Source of the DNA: Candidatus Kuenenbacteria bacterium RIFCSPHIGHO2_02_FULL_39_13
GTDB lineage: Bacteria > Patescibacteriota > Patescibacteriia > UBA2196 > GWA2-42-15
DNA length: 53,546 nt
Assembly (NCBI GenBank): GCA_001783595.1
Contig: MFMW01000029.1
Span: 1-53,546, forward strand
Direction: 5' to 3'
Made by a program: the position numbers and the translations under genes. Shown here piece after piece: positions 33,795 through 42,263 of this stretch (position 1 is its first letter; each line of letters opens with the position of its first letter). The notes below the pieces were generated by a model that was not told the DNA's origin, made no database searches, and was given only the letters and a program-made list of their open reading frames with translations.

Positions 33795-35723
33795 TTAATT
33801 TTCATTAAAATACCACGCAATTACATCTTTAAACACTGGTATGGCCACGGTTGACCCTTCACCCCCGTTTTCTAAAAGAATAGTGATGACAATGCGCGGC
33901 GAGTCATAAGGAGCAAAGCCAGTAAACCAGGCGTGCGATTCTTTGCCAGCGCCAACTTGAGCCGTGCCTGTTTTCCCGGCCACGGCAATAGGCAAGGATT
34001 GCAGCGCTTTGGCTGAACCACTGGTAATAGTAGCTCGGAGAGCTCGGCGAATGATGTCAATATTTTCAGCAGAGGCTAAATTTTTTGCCAGAATATAGTC
34101 TTGGCTGGCATCAGAGTTAGGCTCGCTCTTTAAACCATTGGCATTAATTATTTCTTTTAACAGGTGCGGCTGATAAAGAGTGCCGCCATTGGCGAAAAAG
34201 GCGGTGTAGCTGGCGATCTGAAGCGGCGTAACTAAAATATCACCTTGACCAATGGCCAAATGGTAGGTATCGCCAATATACCAAGATTCCCGCTTGGTTT
34301 CTTCTTTCCAAGACTTACTGGGCAAAAAACCGCTTGCTTCACCCGGCAAATCAATGCCTAGGGTTTTAGATAAATAAAATTTTCTGGCAAAATCAGTTAT
34401 TTTTTGAACGCCCAAACCAGTAAAGTCATTATAGCCGCCGCCAATGTAGTAAAAAAAAGTGTTGACTGAATTGGCAATGGCGCTGATAACATTGACCCGG
34501 CCGTGGCCGCCGTATTTCCAATCAGGGAAGAACCATTTGTCAAGCTGCAGGCCGCCAGTGCTTAGAAAAGTTTTTTGTTCATTGATAATGCCCTGTTCAA
34601 GCGCGGCCAGAGCAACTAATGGTTTAAAAGTTGAGCCCGGCGGATAAGTGCCGGCGATAGCGCGATTAAACAAGGGCTTGCGCTGATCAGTTAAATAATT
34701 TTGATAAGCATCTTCGGCTATGCCGGCGCTGAAAAAATTATTATCAAAATCGGGCAAGCTAACAATGCTTAATATTTCTCCGCTTTGCGGGTCAAGCGCA
34801 ATGGCCACGCCCGTCTGGCTGGTAGCTGAATTTTTAATTGCTGCGGCCAAGCTTTGGCTAAGCTTTTTTTGAAGCTCGGCATCAATCGTCAGGACAAGAC
34901 TGGCGCCAATCTGCGGATCAGTCCTGTTTAATATCTTTTTGGTTTTACCAAGAGCGTCAACTTCAATTTCTTGAACGCCGTTTTTGCCTTTGAGAATCGG
35001 TTCATAAAATAATTCAACGCCGTCTTTGCCCAAAGTGTCATTTATCTCGTAATTTTGAGCAACAGATTGAGCAAATTCAGCCGGGCTAATTTTGCCCACA
35101 TAACCCAGGATATGCGATAAACCGCCGCCTTCAAGATAGTCGCGCCGAGGTTCAATGGTCGTGTAGATGCCGGCTAAATTATCCTCAATGCTTTTAAGCC
35201 TGATTGCTTGCTCATGCGAGAGATTGCCGGCAATCAGGACTGGTTCATAAGAATGGGCTTTGGCCTGACTAAAAGTTTGCCAGAGCTCGTCTGGATTTTT
35301 ATCAATAATGGCAGCGAGGACTTGGCTTAAATTTCTTTTTGGCTGGTCGTCTGAAGGCAGGTCAGATGGAATAAAATAAAGCGAGACATTGGGCAGATTG
35401 GCAACCAAAGGAGTATGGTAGCGATCGTAAATAATGCCGCGCTCTGCTTTGATGGACGAAAGCCTAATGCGATTGCCTTCGGCGATCTGATTATAATTTC
35501 CACCCTTGATAGCTTGAAGATAAAAAGCGCGCGCCATAATAATAACCAATGAGAAAATCATCACAAAAAAAATGACCCTGAATTTTTCGCGGGTTAAGGT
35601 CAGAGTTATCTTTTCTTGGCTGGCAGCCAACCAAAAATCAGAGCCTATCTGCCTTAAACGGCTAAAGCCCTTAATTTTAGCAATACTTTCCCTGATAATA
35701 AATGGGTTGGAGTTGGTCTTCAT
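33795..35723 (-). CDS. mrdA: penicillin-binding protein 2 (elongasome transpeptidase)
   Basis: 642 aa. STFKP, SVN and KTGTA motifs. Follows mreC-mreD. Confidence 0.9.
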   Translation of the reverse strand: MKTNSNPFIIRESIAKIKGFSRLRQIGSDFWLAASQEKITLTLTREKFRVIFFVMIFSLVIIMARAFYLQAIKGGNYNQIAEGNRIRLSSIKAERGIIYDRYHTPLVANLPNVSLYFIPSDLPSDDQPKRNLSQVLAAIIDKNPDELWQTFSQAKAHSYEPVLIAGNLSHEQAIRLKSIEDNLAGIYTTIEPRRDYLEGGGLSHILGYVGKISPAEFAQSVAQNYEINDTLGKDGVELFYEPILKGKNGVQEIEVDALGKTKKILNRTDPQIGASLVLTIDAELQKKLSQSLAAAIKNSATSQTGVAIALDPQSGEILSIVSLPDFDNNFFSAGIAEDAYQNYLTDQRKPLFNRAIAGTYPPGSTFKPLVALAALEQGIINEQKTFLSTGGLQLDKWFFPDWKYGGHGRVNVISAIANSVNTFFYYIGGGYNDFTGLGVQKITDFARKFYLSKTLGIDLPGEASGFLPSKSWKEETKRESWYIGDTYHLAIGQGDILVTPLQIASYTAFFANGGTLYQPHLLKEIINANGLKSEPNSDASQDYILAKNLASAENIDIIRRALRATITSGSAKALQSLPIAVAGKTGTAQVGAGKESHAWFTGFAPYDSPRIVITILLENGGEGSTVAIPVFKDVIAWYFNEN

Positions 35724-35726
35724 AAA

Positions 35727-36251
35727 TCAACTGATAAACTGGCTGATTAAGCGCGATTTAAAGCGAGCTGAAATTTTGTAGAGCGCTAAAATAATAAAGG
35801 AATGAACTATTATTTGCGCTAAAGAAAAAACAAAATAGCTGGCTGTCAGGCTGTTGGCAGGACTAACACTGCTGAATTTGGCAGCGCTCAATAAAACTAC
35901 AAGGTAAATAATTTGATAAATAATAAGAGAAATTAAATTGACTAAAATGAAAACTGCCAAATTTTTATGCTGGAGAATGCTCTTGAGAATAGCTTTGATG
36001 GCAAAGACTTCAAGCAGAAAAAGGAGGATAAAAAAACCAAAAAATAATGGCGAATAGACATCTAAGATTAAGCCAGCAAATACGGCGGCCAATACGGCGG
36101 TGCCGTAATGATAAAAATAGCTGATAAAAACAAGCAGCAAAAGCGGCAGATTAATCAAAAGCGCTAGCTGGTAATCAATGCCCGGCAGAAAGCCAATTTG
36201 CAAGGCAATGACCAAAATAATGACTAATAGCAGCGAAAAAATTTTAAGCAT
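35727..36251 (-). CDS. mreD: rod shape-determining protein MreD
   Basis: 174-aa polytopic membrane protein between mreC and PBP2. Confidence 0.7.
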   Translation of the reverse strand: MLKIFSLLLVIILVIALQIGFLPGIDYQLALLINLPLLLLVFISYFYHYGTAVLAAVFAGLILDVYSPLFFGFFILLFLLEVFAIKAILKSILQHKNLAVFILVNLISLIIYQIIYLVVLLSAAKFSSVSPANSLTASYFVFSLAQIIVHSFIILALYKISARFKSRLISQFIS

Positions 36252-36255
36252 AGCC

Positions 36256-37068
36256 TTAATTTTTTTGAGGAATAATAACAGTCACCAAACGAACATTTTG
36301 GTAGTCAACGGCCGGCTCAACCAAAGCCTCTTGCCAGTATTTTTCAGGTGTAGCCTCAACTTTGCTAACCCGGCCAATAATCAGACCGGCTGGAATATTT
36401 TCCTCCAGGCCTGAAGTGGCCACTAGGTCATTTTCATTTATCTTGATATCTTTGGCTAGCAGATCAATTTTTAAATTAATATTGTGCAGACCTTGAGCAA
36501 TGCCCAGAGCACTTTTATCGCCCGCAACAGTTACAGCGATTTTGCTAACGTTATCGCTTAAAAGCCTGACATGAGAAATATTTTCTTCAACTGAACTGAT
36601 TTTACCAATGATAATTCCTTGATTAGTCGTAACAGCCAGACCAGGTTTCAAGCCGCGCGACAAGCCTTGATTGATAATAATTTGGCTGGCAGCATAATCT
36701 AGATTGCGGCCTAAAACACGAGCGAGTAAATAATTTTCTTTTTGCTCATCAAAAAATTTTAATTCTTTTTTTAACCACTCATTTTCCTGGCGCAGTGTTT
36801 CTAGCGCGACATTTTTTTTAGCCAGCTCAATCAATTTTTGATTTAAGTCATCATTTTTTTTACTTAAATCAGCACGAGCCAGATAAACAGCCAGAAAGTC
36901 GCTCAAGGCCGCGGCAGTATAGTTGGCAGTGGCGATAATGGGATTAGTAAAAATAGTAATGTATCTGGTTGTTAAACGACTTAAGCCTAAATAATAAGAC
37001 AAGATTATAATTAGACAAAAAACAAGGATAATCACCGTTATTTTGCGCTGGAATTTAAATTTCAACAT
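36256..37068 (-). CDS. mreC: rod shape-determining protein MreC
   Basis: 270 aa. N-terminal TM helix, coiled coil, and two beta-barrel motifs (GIIIGKISSVE and GLIIGRVSKVE). Confidence 0.85.
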   Translation of the reverse strand: MLKFKFQRKITVIILVFCLIIILSYYLGLSRLTTRYITIFTNPIIATANYTAAALSDFLAVYLARADLSKKNDDLNQKLIELAKKNVALETLRQENEWLKKELKFFDEQKENYLLARVLGRNLDYAASQIIINQGLSRGLKPGLAVTTNQGIIIGKISSVEENISHVRLLSDNVSKIAVTVAGDKSALGIAQGLHNINLKIDLLAKDIKINENDLVATSGLEENIPAGLIIGRVSKVEATPEKYWQEALVEPAVDYQNVRLVTVIIPQKN

Positions 37069-37169
37069 AAATAGATTACTGTTAATTTTAATAGTAGCAT
37101 TATTTTAACAGAAAAAACAGAAAAATACAAAAATCAACCGAAATCCCGACCAGATAGCCGGGATCCTTT

Positions 37170-37343
37170 TTATTTCTTCCAATCTTTTATTTGTATTGTT
37201 CTGCCTTTTAAATTTACGATAACTTTTTGCTTTTCCTTCCATTTTATTTTTTTTACAATTTCAATCGGTGAACTGACCACATAACTGTTGCCGCTTTTCA
37301 TAATTTTTCTGATGTTTTCTTGCGCTATTTTTCGTCTGGACAT
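37170..37343 (-). CDS. AbrB/SpoVT-type small DNA-binding protein (57 aa)
   Basis: ORF below the track cutoff: MSRRKIAQENIRKIMKSGNSYVVSSPIEIVKKIKWKEKQKVIVNLKGRTIQIKDWKK, a swapped-hairpin AbrB-like pattern. A hairpin (ATCCCG..CGGGAT, 37144..37166) follows it. Confidence 0.5.
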   Translation of the reverse strand: MSRRKIAQENIRKIMKSGNSYVVSSPIEIVKKIKWKEKQKVIVNLKGRTIQIKDWKK

Positions 37344-37423
37344 ATTTTGATTTTATATACTTATAATGATTATAATCATGACGGGATTAATTCTTACTGA
37401 ATTAATATACACCACATAAAAAC

Positions 37424-37546
37424 TTATCCAATAACCTTATAAAATTTATTTTCACTGCACATTTGCTTAATTTTGTTAGTTTTATTTATGCCAACCTCTT
37501 TAATCAGCACATTAAAATATAAAGCAAAAACTAAATCATCAATTAA
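37424..37546 (-). pseudogene. out-of-frame second copy of the RM enzyme C-terminal module
   Basis: LIDDLVFALYFNVLIKE..CSENKFYKVIG versus IDDLVFVLYFNVPVKK..CGENKFYKILLS in the 1088-aa protein. A 36-nt core is 34/36 identical. Confidence 0.55.
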
Positions 37547-37806
37547 AAACCAAGCTTGCCTTGCTTGGCTAAAAGTTTCGGATCTGGCTTTTCTCTTGGT
37601 CCCATTTTTCTTTTTTGTCGCGCTTCTTCTTTTAATTGCCATCTTCTGTCATATTCTTTTCTTCCCTGCCTTAAATAATCCCGAATTTCTTCTGGCATAA
37701 AACTTTCTTCCGGTTTTAGCATCACCTGATCTAACTGCTGCTCACTCAACAATCTCACATTAGGCAAAATAAACTTGCTTTTTTTAGAATTATTTTTTTT
37801 GCTCAT
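37543..37806 (-). CDS. hypothetical 87-aa highly charged protein (possibly the N-terminal part of a frameshifted ~126-aa ORF)
   Basis: ATG lies 15 nt after the RM gene stop. Ends in an A5 (+ strand) homopolymer exactly where the C-terminal-module copy begins. Confidence 0.45.
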   Translation of the reverse strand: MSKKNNSKKSKFILPNVRLLSEQQLDQVMLKPEESFMPEEIRDYLRQGRKEYDRRWQLKEEARQKRKMGPREKPDPKLLAKQGKLGF

Positions 37807-37821
37807 ATTTTTAAAAAATAT

Positions 37822-40800
37822 TTAAGATAACAAAATTTTATAGAATTTATTCTCTCCACAATTTTTTCTAATCTCTCCTGCTTTATCCATGCTAATTTTT
37901 TTAACAGGCACATTGAAATATAAAACAAAAACTAAATCATCAATATAATTTTTTAGTTTTTTCTGCTTTTCAAAGTCAATAACTGGCAATTCTTTTAATT
38001 CTGATAAAATAATTTGATCTTCTTTATATAACTTTAATTTGTTGTCTTGATACATATCTTTTATTGCCTGCCCAACAATTTTTTGGTCGCTTTTAATTTT
38101 TAATCTTATCTGCTTTTTATTTTTTTCTAAAATTAAATAACCATCTTTAACTGATACATCGTCAAATTTCTGCATCATTACTTTTGAAAAATCAGCTAAA
38201 TCACTTAATCTAATATCCTCTAACTTCAACATTTCCTCTGTTCTTTTTATAATTTCATCTTTAATAAACTGATTCCTTTCTGTAATTTTTGGCACACGAA
38301 CAAATTCTTTTATCGCTTTCACGGGTACTAAATATTCTTTTTCATTTTCATTTTTTAAATTTGTTTCTAAAAGTAAATTAGTAGCAGGAAAATTTAGTAG
38401 GGAAAACAAATATAAAATTTCTTTTTTATTGATTGAACAAATAATAGAGGCAGTTCCCATATTAAAAATAATTGGAGTATCAGTGAAATAAAACTTTTGA
38501 GGATTTTTAATACTCCAAACTATTTTATATTTTTGCTCTAATACTTCTAAACCTTGACTATTTTGAGTCAATTTAATTAACTTTTTATTTTTAGGATAAT
38601 ATTCGCTAGGAGTAAATTTTGAATAATTTTGAAAATTTTTAAAGTTCAACACGCCATAATGATCACCATCATTCTTCTTCAAAATATTTTTATTATTTAA
38701 AATAAAACCAATATCAAAATAAAATTTACTTTTAAAATTATATTCTGCGACGGCATGATTGTAATAAATTGAAATACAATCAGTGTTTTTCTTGTATGCC
38801 TCATAAAAATCTAAAAACTTTTTATCCTGTTTGATAAAATTCCAATTACTTACATTTTGTAATAATTTGTTTTGCAAGATTTTCTTTTTATTTATTTTTT
38901 TGTTCTCCAAAATATTTTTCAAGCAATCTTCAATATTATCATTAGCATCTTTATAGTGTATTATTTCTACTTGATCTCTATATAAATCAGGTGGTATTCT
39001 TCTAACCACAAAAACCAAACTTGATGTTGCAATCGGCTTATTTTGTTTAAGCCCACGCCCGACGAACATCTTGCCAGAAAAAGTAATAATTTTTTCAATG
39101 GTTGTAAATTTTGCCAAATGATAACGAAGAACATCCAAATCACCAGCAGTTAAAATCGTCTGTGGGATAATATAACACAATCTGCCGTTATCCTTTAATA
39201 AAGCCAGGCCAAGCGCAATAAAAAAAGCGTATAAATTTGGTTTGGGAGAATATTTTTTGCGATGATCTGGAATGCTGTGCAAATTTACTCCATAAATATC
39301 ATTTAATTTCATTTTGCTTTCCTTAATCCAATTAAATGACAACAAACCTTGTTTAGAACATTCATTATAAGAAACATAAGGCGGATTGCCGATTATAAAA
39401 TCAAATCTCATCCGCGGAAATTTTTGATTTCCCAAACTCTCTTTCATCTCTTTTAAATCATCTTCCTCACGCATATAACTCTCATAATCCATCTTTAATA
39501 ATTTGTCATAAAATAACTTCATCTGGCCATTGCTTTTAATATAAGCGGCTTCGATATCACTTAGTGTATATTTTAATTTTGTGTCCTGAAATTCAGCAAT
39601 ACTATCATGGGTTTGAAAAACTTTAATTTTTTTATCAATTGGATTATTGTATTTTTCATTGATAATTAAGGGCAACATTCTCATTAAGATATTCATTTCA
39701 GCCAAATATAACGGAAATTCCTCAATATCTAATCCATAGACATTATTATTTACCAATTCTTCAACTTTTTGAGATTGCTTTTCAGAACCATCTGGGACTG
39801 CTGTAATAATCTGATCAACAGCGCTGTATAAAAATGTGCCGCTACCACACGACGGATCGTTGATTGAAATATAATTGTCTTCTATTCTATTTTTTAATCT
39901 TTTTTTAATTTCTTCAGAAGTATAGCCAACCTGCTCTAACATAAAATTAACAACCGCCGGGTCAGTAAAATATTGTCCTTTTTTAGTATTTTCATACAAC
40001 GCTTTTAAATAATTTTCGTAAATATAACCAAAAATTTCATTTTTAACATTAGCAAAATTGTATTTTTTAATTAAAACAAAAATTTCTAACCAAGGCGCTA
40101 CATCATGCAACTCGTTTTCCGGTTGGTGCAGTAATTCTGATAATTTTTGGTTGATAAATTTTTGCTCTACGTTAAAAGGATGATAAATATTTTTTGAAAT
40201 ATTTTCTGAAATTCCATCAATCACGCTTAAAATACTTTTATACTGTTTTGCTTGCAAACTTTTGTAAATTGATTCCTGCCTTTGTTCAAAATCTTTCTTA
40301 AATTCGCCAAATTCATTATCAACCAATGTTTTGTAAAGAATAAATTGGATAATATAAGCATAAGAAAGTTCTACTATTTTCTTGGCTCTTTCTTTTTCTT
40401 GCATTTCCTTTAAATAACCTTCTAATTTGATTTTGTCTCTAAAAATTTCTATCTTTTCCGTAATGTCTTCAAAAAACATTGCTCTGTTATTTTCAACTCT
40501 AATAACTTCCTCAATTAATTTTTGTTGCCCTACTTTTTCAAAAAATTGCAAATAATAATGTTCTGGCAGAATATAATCTTTTTGCCAAAAGTTTGAAAAC
40601 AATTTTGGGTTGTCTAAAATTTGTTTTATTGTAAATTCTCGATAAACGGTTTCTATATAAAATCTCCATTCTTGACCATCAGTTAAAATTCCATATTTTT
40701 TATCTAAGTCTTTTTGATAAATAAACAATTGCTCTGCTCCGTTTTCAATCTTACCCAGTGCTTTTACCTCAACAGGAATAACAATTTCAGAATTAATATA

Positions 40801-41088
40801 AATTACAAAATCTGCGTGCCGTCCACCTTTAGTTTTACTCTCTTGGATAAATTCATTTTTCCGCTCTGCTGTCTTTTTTGATAAACTGCCTTCTTTTAAA
40901 TTAAAAAGTTCAGGACATTCCAAGACATCCCTAATAAATTTATGGACTCCACTGCCAACTTCCTGAGTTTGGTAATGCTTCTTTTCTTTATTCCATTTTG
41001 ATTTGAGACCTAAAATTGAGAGCATATTATTAAGTAATTCGTTTAATTTGTTTTTAATCCCCTCTTTCTTACACTTTAATCTTCCCAC
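37822..41088 (-). CDS. type IIG restriction-modification enzyme (fused PD-(D/E)xK nuclease, N6-adenine methyltransferase and target-recognition domain)
   Basis: 1088 aa. Nuclease motif HADFVIY..IPVEVKALG with QEWRFY. MTase motifs GQYFTDP, DPSCGSGTF and GNPPY (39376..39390). Long C-terminal specificity region. The start is uncertain: GTG at 41088 or ATG at 41025. Confidence 0.85.
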   Translation of the reverse strand: MGRLKCKKEGIKNKLNELLNNMLSILGLKSKWNKEKKHYQTQEVGSGVHKFIRDVLECPELFNLKEGSLSKKTAERKNEFIQESKTKGGRHADFVIYINSEIVIPVEVKALGKIENGAEQLFIYQKDLDKKYGILTDGQEWRFYIETVYREFTIKQILDNPKLFSNFWQKDYILPEHYYLQFFEKVGQQKLIEEVIRVENNRAMFFEDITEKIEIFRDKIKLEGYLKEMQEKERAKKIVELSYAYIIQFILYKTLVDNEFGEFKKDFEQRQESIYKSLQAKQYKSILSVIDGISENISKNIYHPFNVEQKFINQKLSELLHQPENELHDVAPWLEIFVLIKKYNFANVKNEIFGYIYENYLKALYENTKKGQYFTDPAVVNFMLEQVGYTSEEIKKRLKNRIEDNYISINDPSCGSGTFLYSAVDQIITAVPDGSEKQSQKVEELVNNNVYGLDIEEFPLYLAEMNILMRMLPLIINEKYNNPIDKKIKVFQTHDSIAEFQDTKLKYTLSDIEAAYIKSNGQMKLFYDKLLKMDYESYMREEDDLKEMKESLGNQKFPRMRFDFIIGNPPYVSYNECSKQGLLSFNWIKESKMKLNDIYGVNLHSIPDHRKKYSPKPNLYAFFIALGLALLKDNGRLCYIIPQTILTAGDLDVLRYHLAKFTTIEKIITFSGKMFVGRGLKQNKPIATSSLVFVVRRIPPDLYRDQVEIIHYKDANDNIEDCLKNILENKKINKKKILQNKLLQNVSNWNFIKQDKKFLDFYEAYKKNTDCISIYYNHAVAEYNFKSKFYFDIGFILNNKNILKKNDGDHYGVLNFKNFQNYSKFTPSEYYPKNKKLIKLTQNSQGLEVLEQKYKIVWSIKNPQKFYFTDTPIIFNMGTASIICSINKKEILYLFSLLNFPATNLLLETNLKNENEKEYLVPVKAIKEFVRVPKITERNQFIKDEIIKRTEEMLKLEDIRLSDLADFSKVMMQKFDDVSVKDGYLILEKNKKQIRLKIKSDQKIVGQAIKDMYQDNKLKLYKEDQIILSELKELPVIDFEKQKKLKNYIDDLVFVLYFNVPVKKISMDKAGEIRKNCGENKFYKILLS

Positions 41089-41204
41089 TTTTTAGCTTAA
41101 AAGTCAAAAAAACCTTGAATTGCGGGCGGGTGTGGTCTTCGAGGAGAAGAATAAAAAAAATTTGCCATGATTAAAATCATGACATAAAAAAATCCAAATG
41201 CGAT

Positions 41205-42242
41205 TTACCTTGCCGAGGGTATTAAAATGTCCTGCAATCCTTTAAGGTCTTCAAGAATCAGGCCTGTGCCGCGAACCACGGTGGTTAATGGCTCATCAAT
41301 AATAGTTACTGGCACTCTGGTTTCTTTTTTAACCAGTTCATCAAGGCCTTTTAAAAGCGCGCCGCCGCCGGAGAGAATAATGCCGCGGCGGTAAATGTCT
41401 GCCACCAACTCTGGCGGGGTTTGTTCAATCGTGCTTTTGATGTTAGTAACAATACTTCTGATTGAGCGCATAATAGCCTCTCTGACTTCACTGTCAGTGA
41501 TTGTTATTTCTTTAGGCAAGCCATTAAGCAGATCGCGGCCGGAAACGGCCAGTTCAACTGGCTTTTCAGCAGGATAGACGGCAGCCAGTTTGATTTTGAC
41601 GCGCTCGGCCGTAATATCACCGATAAGCAGGTTAAAATTTTCTCTGATGTATTGAATGATATTTTTTGTTAAAACATCGCCAGCAATATGAATTGATTTG
41701 CTGACCACCACGCCAGAAAGAGAAATCACGGCAATTTGGGTGGTGCCGCCGCCAATGTCAACGATTAAATTGCCTGTTGATTCCTGAATGGGCATCCTGG
41801 CGCCAATGGCTGCCGCCATCGGCTCTTCAACTAAAAAGACTTCGCGCGCGCCAGCGCCCAAAGCGGCGTCTTCAACTGCCTTGCGCTCCACTTCTGTCAC
41901 ATCCAATGGGATGCCAATGACAATCCGCGGTTTAGAGCCTAAAAGCCCTAATTTTTCATTTAATATCTTTTCAATAAAATACTTTAACATTTTTTCCGTG
42001 ACTTCAAAGTCGGAAATAATGCCTTCAACTAGAGGTTTGCTAATCATAATATGGCTGGGAGTTTTACCAATCATCCGTTTGGCGTCATCGCCAATGGCAA
42101 TAATTTGGTCTGTCCGAGTATTAATAGCCACGACTGACGGTTCATTGACCATAATGCCTTTGTCTTTAACATAAATCAGGGTACTTGATGTACCCAGATC
42201 TACTCCCAAGTCTTTTCTTAAATTGGGAAAAATTTTAAACAT
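41205..42242 (-). CDS. mreB: rod shape-determining protein MreB
   Basis: 345 aa. LGVDLGTSSTLIYV, NEPSVVA, DIGGGTTQIAVISL and ILSGGGALL. Confidence 0.95.
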   Translation of the reverse strand: MFKIFPNLRKDLGVDLGTSSTLIYVKDKGIMVNEPSVVAINTRTDQIIAIGDDAKRMIGKTPSHIMISKPLVEGIISDFEVTEKMLKYFIEKILNEKLGLLGSKPRIVIGIPLDVTEVERKAVEDAALGAGAREVFLVEEPMAAAIGARMPIQESTGNLIVDIGGGTTQIAVISLSGVVVSKSIHIAGDVLTKNIIQYIRENFNLLIGDITAERVKIKLAAVYPAEKPVELAVSGRDLLNGLPKEITITDSEVREAIMRSIRSIVTNIKSTIEQTPPELVADIYRRGIILSGGGALLKGLDELVKKETRVPVTIIDEPLTTVVRGTGLILEDLKGLQDILIPSAR

Positions 42243-42263
42243 AAAAAAATAAAATAAGTGATT

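Noticed and set aside
41099-41115. 17-nt exact identity TAAAAGTCAAAAAAACC shared with 50731..50747
   Set aside because: It is a low-complexity A-run plus a TTGACT-type box on the minus strand, in two terminator/promoter spacers. One exact 17-mer match of this composition in an AT-rich 53-kb window is close to chance expectation.
37069-41204. Calling the RM island a defined mobile element, or a BREX/DISARM-type multi-gene system
   Set aside because: No integrase, transposase, or clear inverted or direct terminal repeats are present beyond a weak 16/17 box. The large protein has its own PD-(D/E)xK nuclease, unlike PglX. None of the other BREX/DISARM marker genes (PglZ, BrxC, helicase, PLD) is present.
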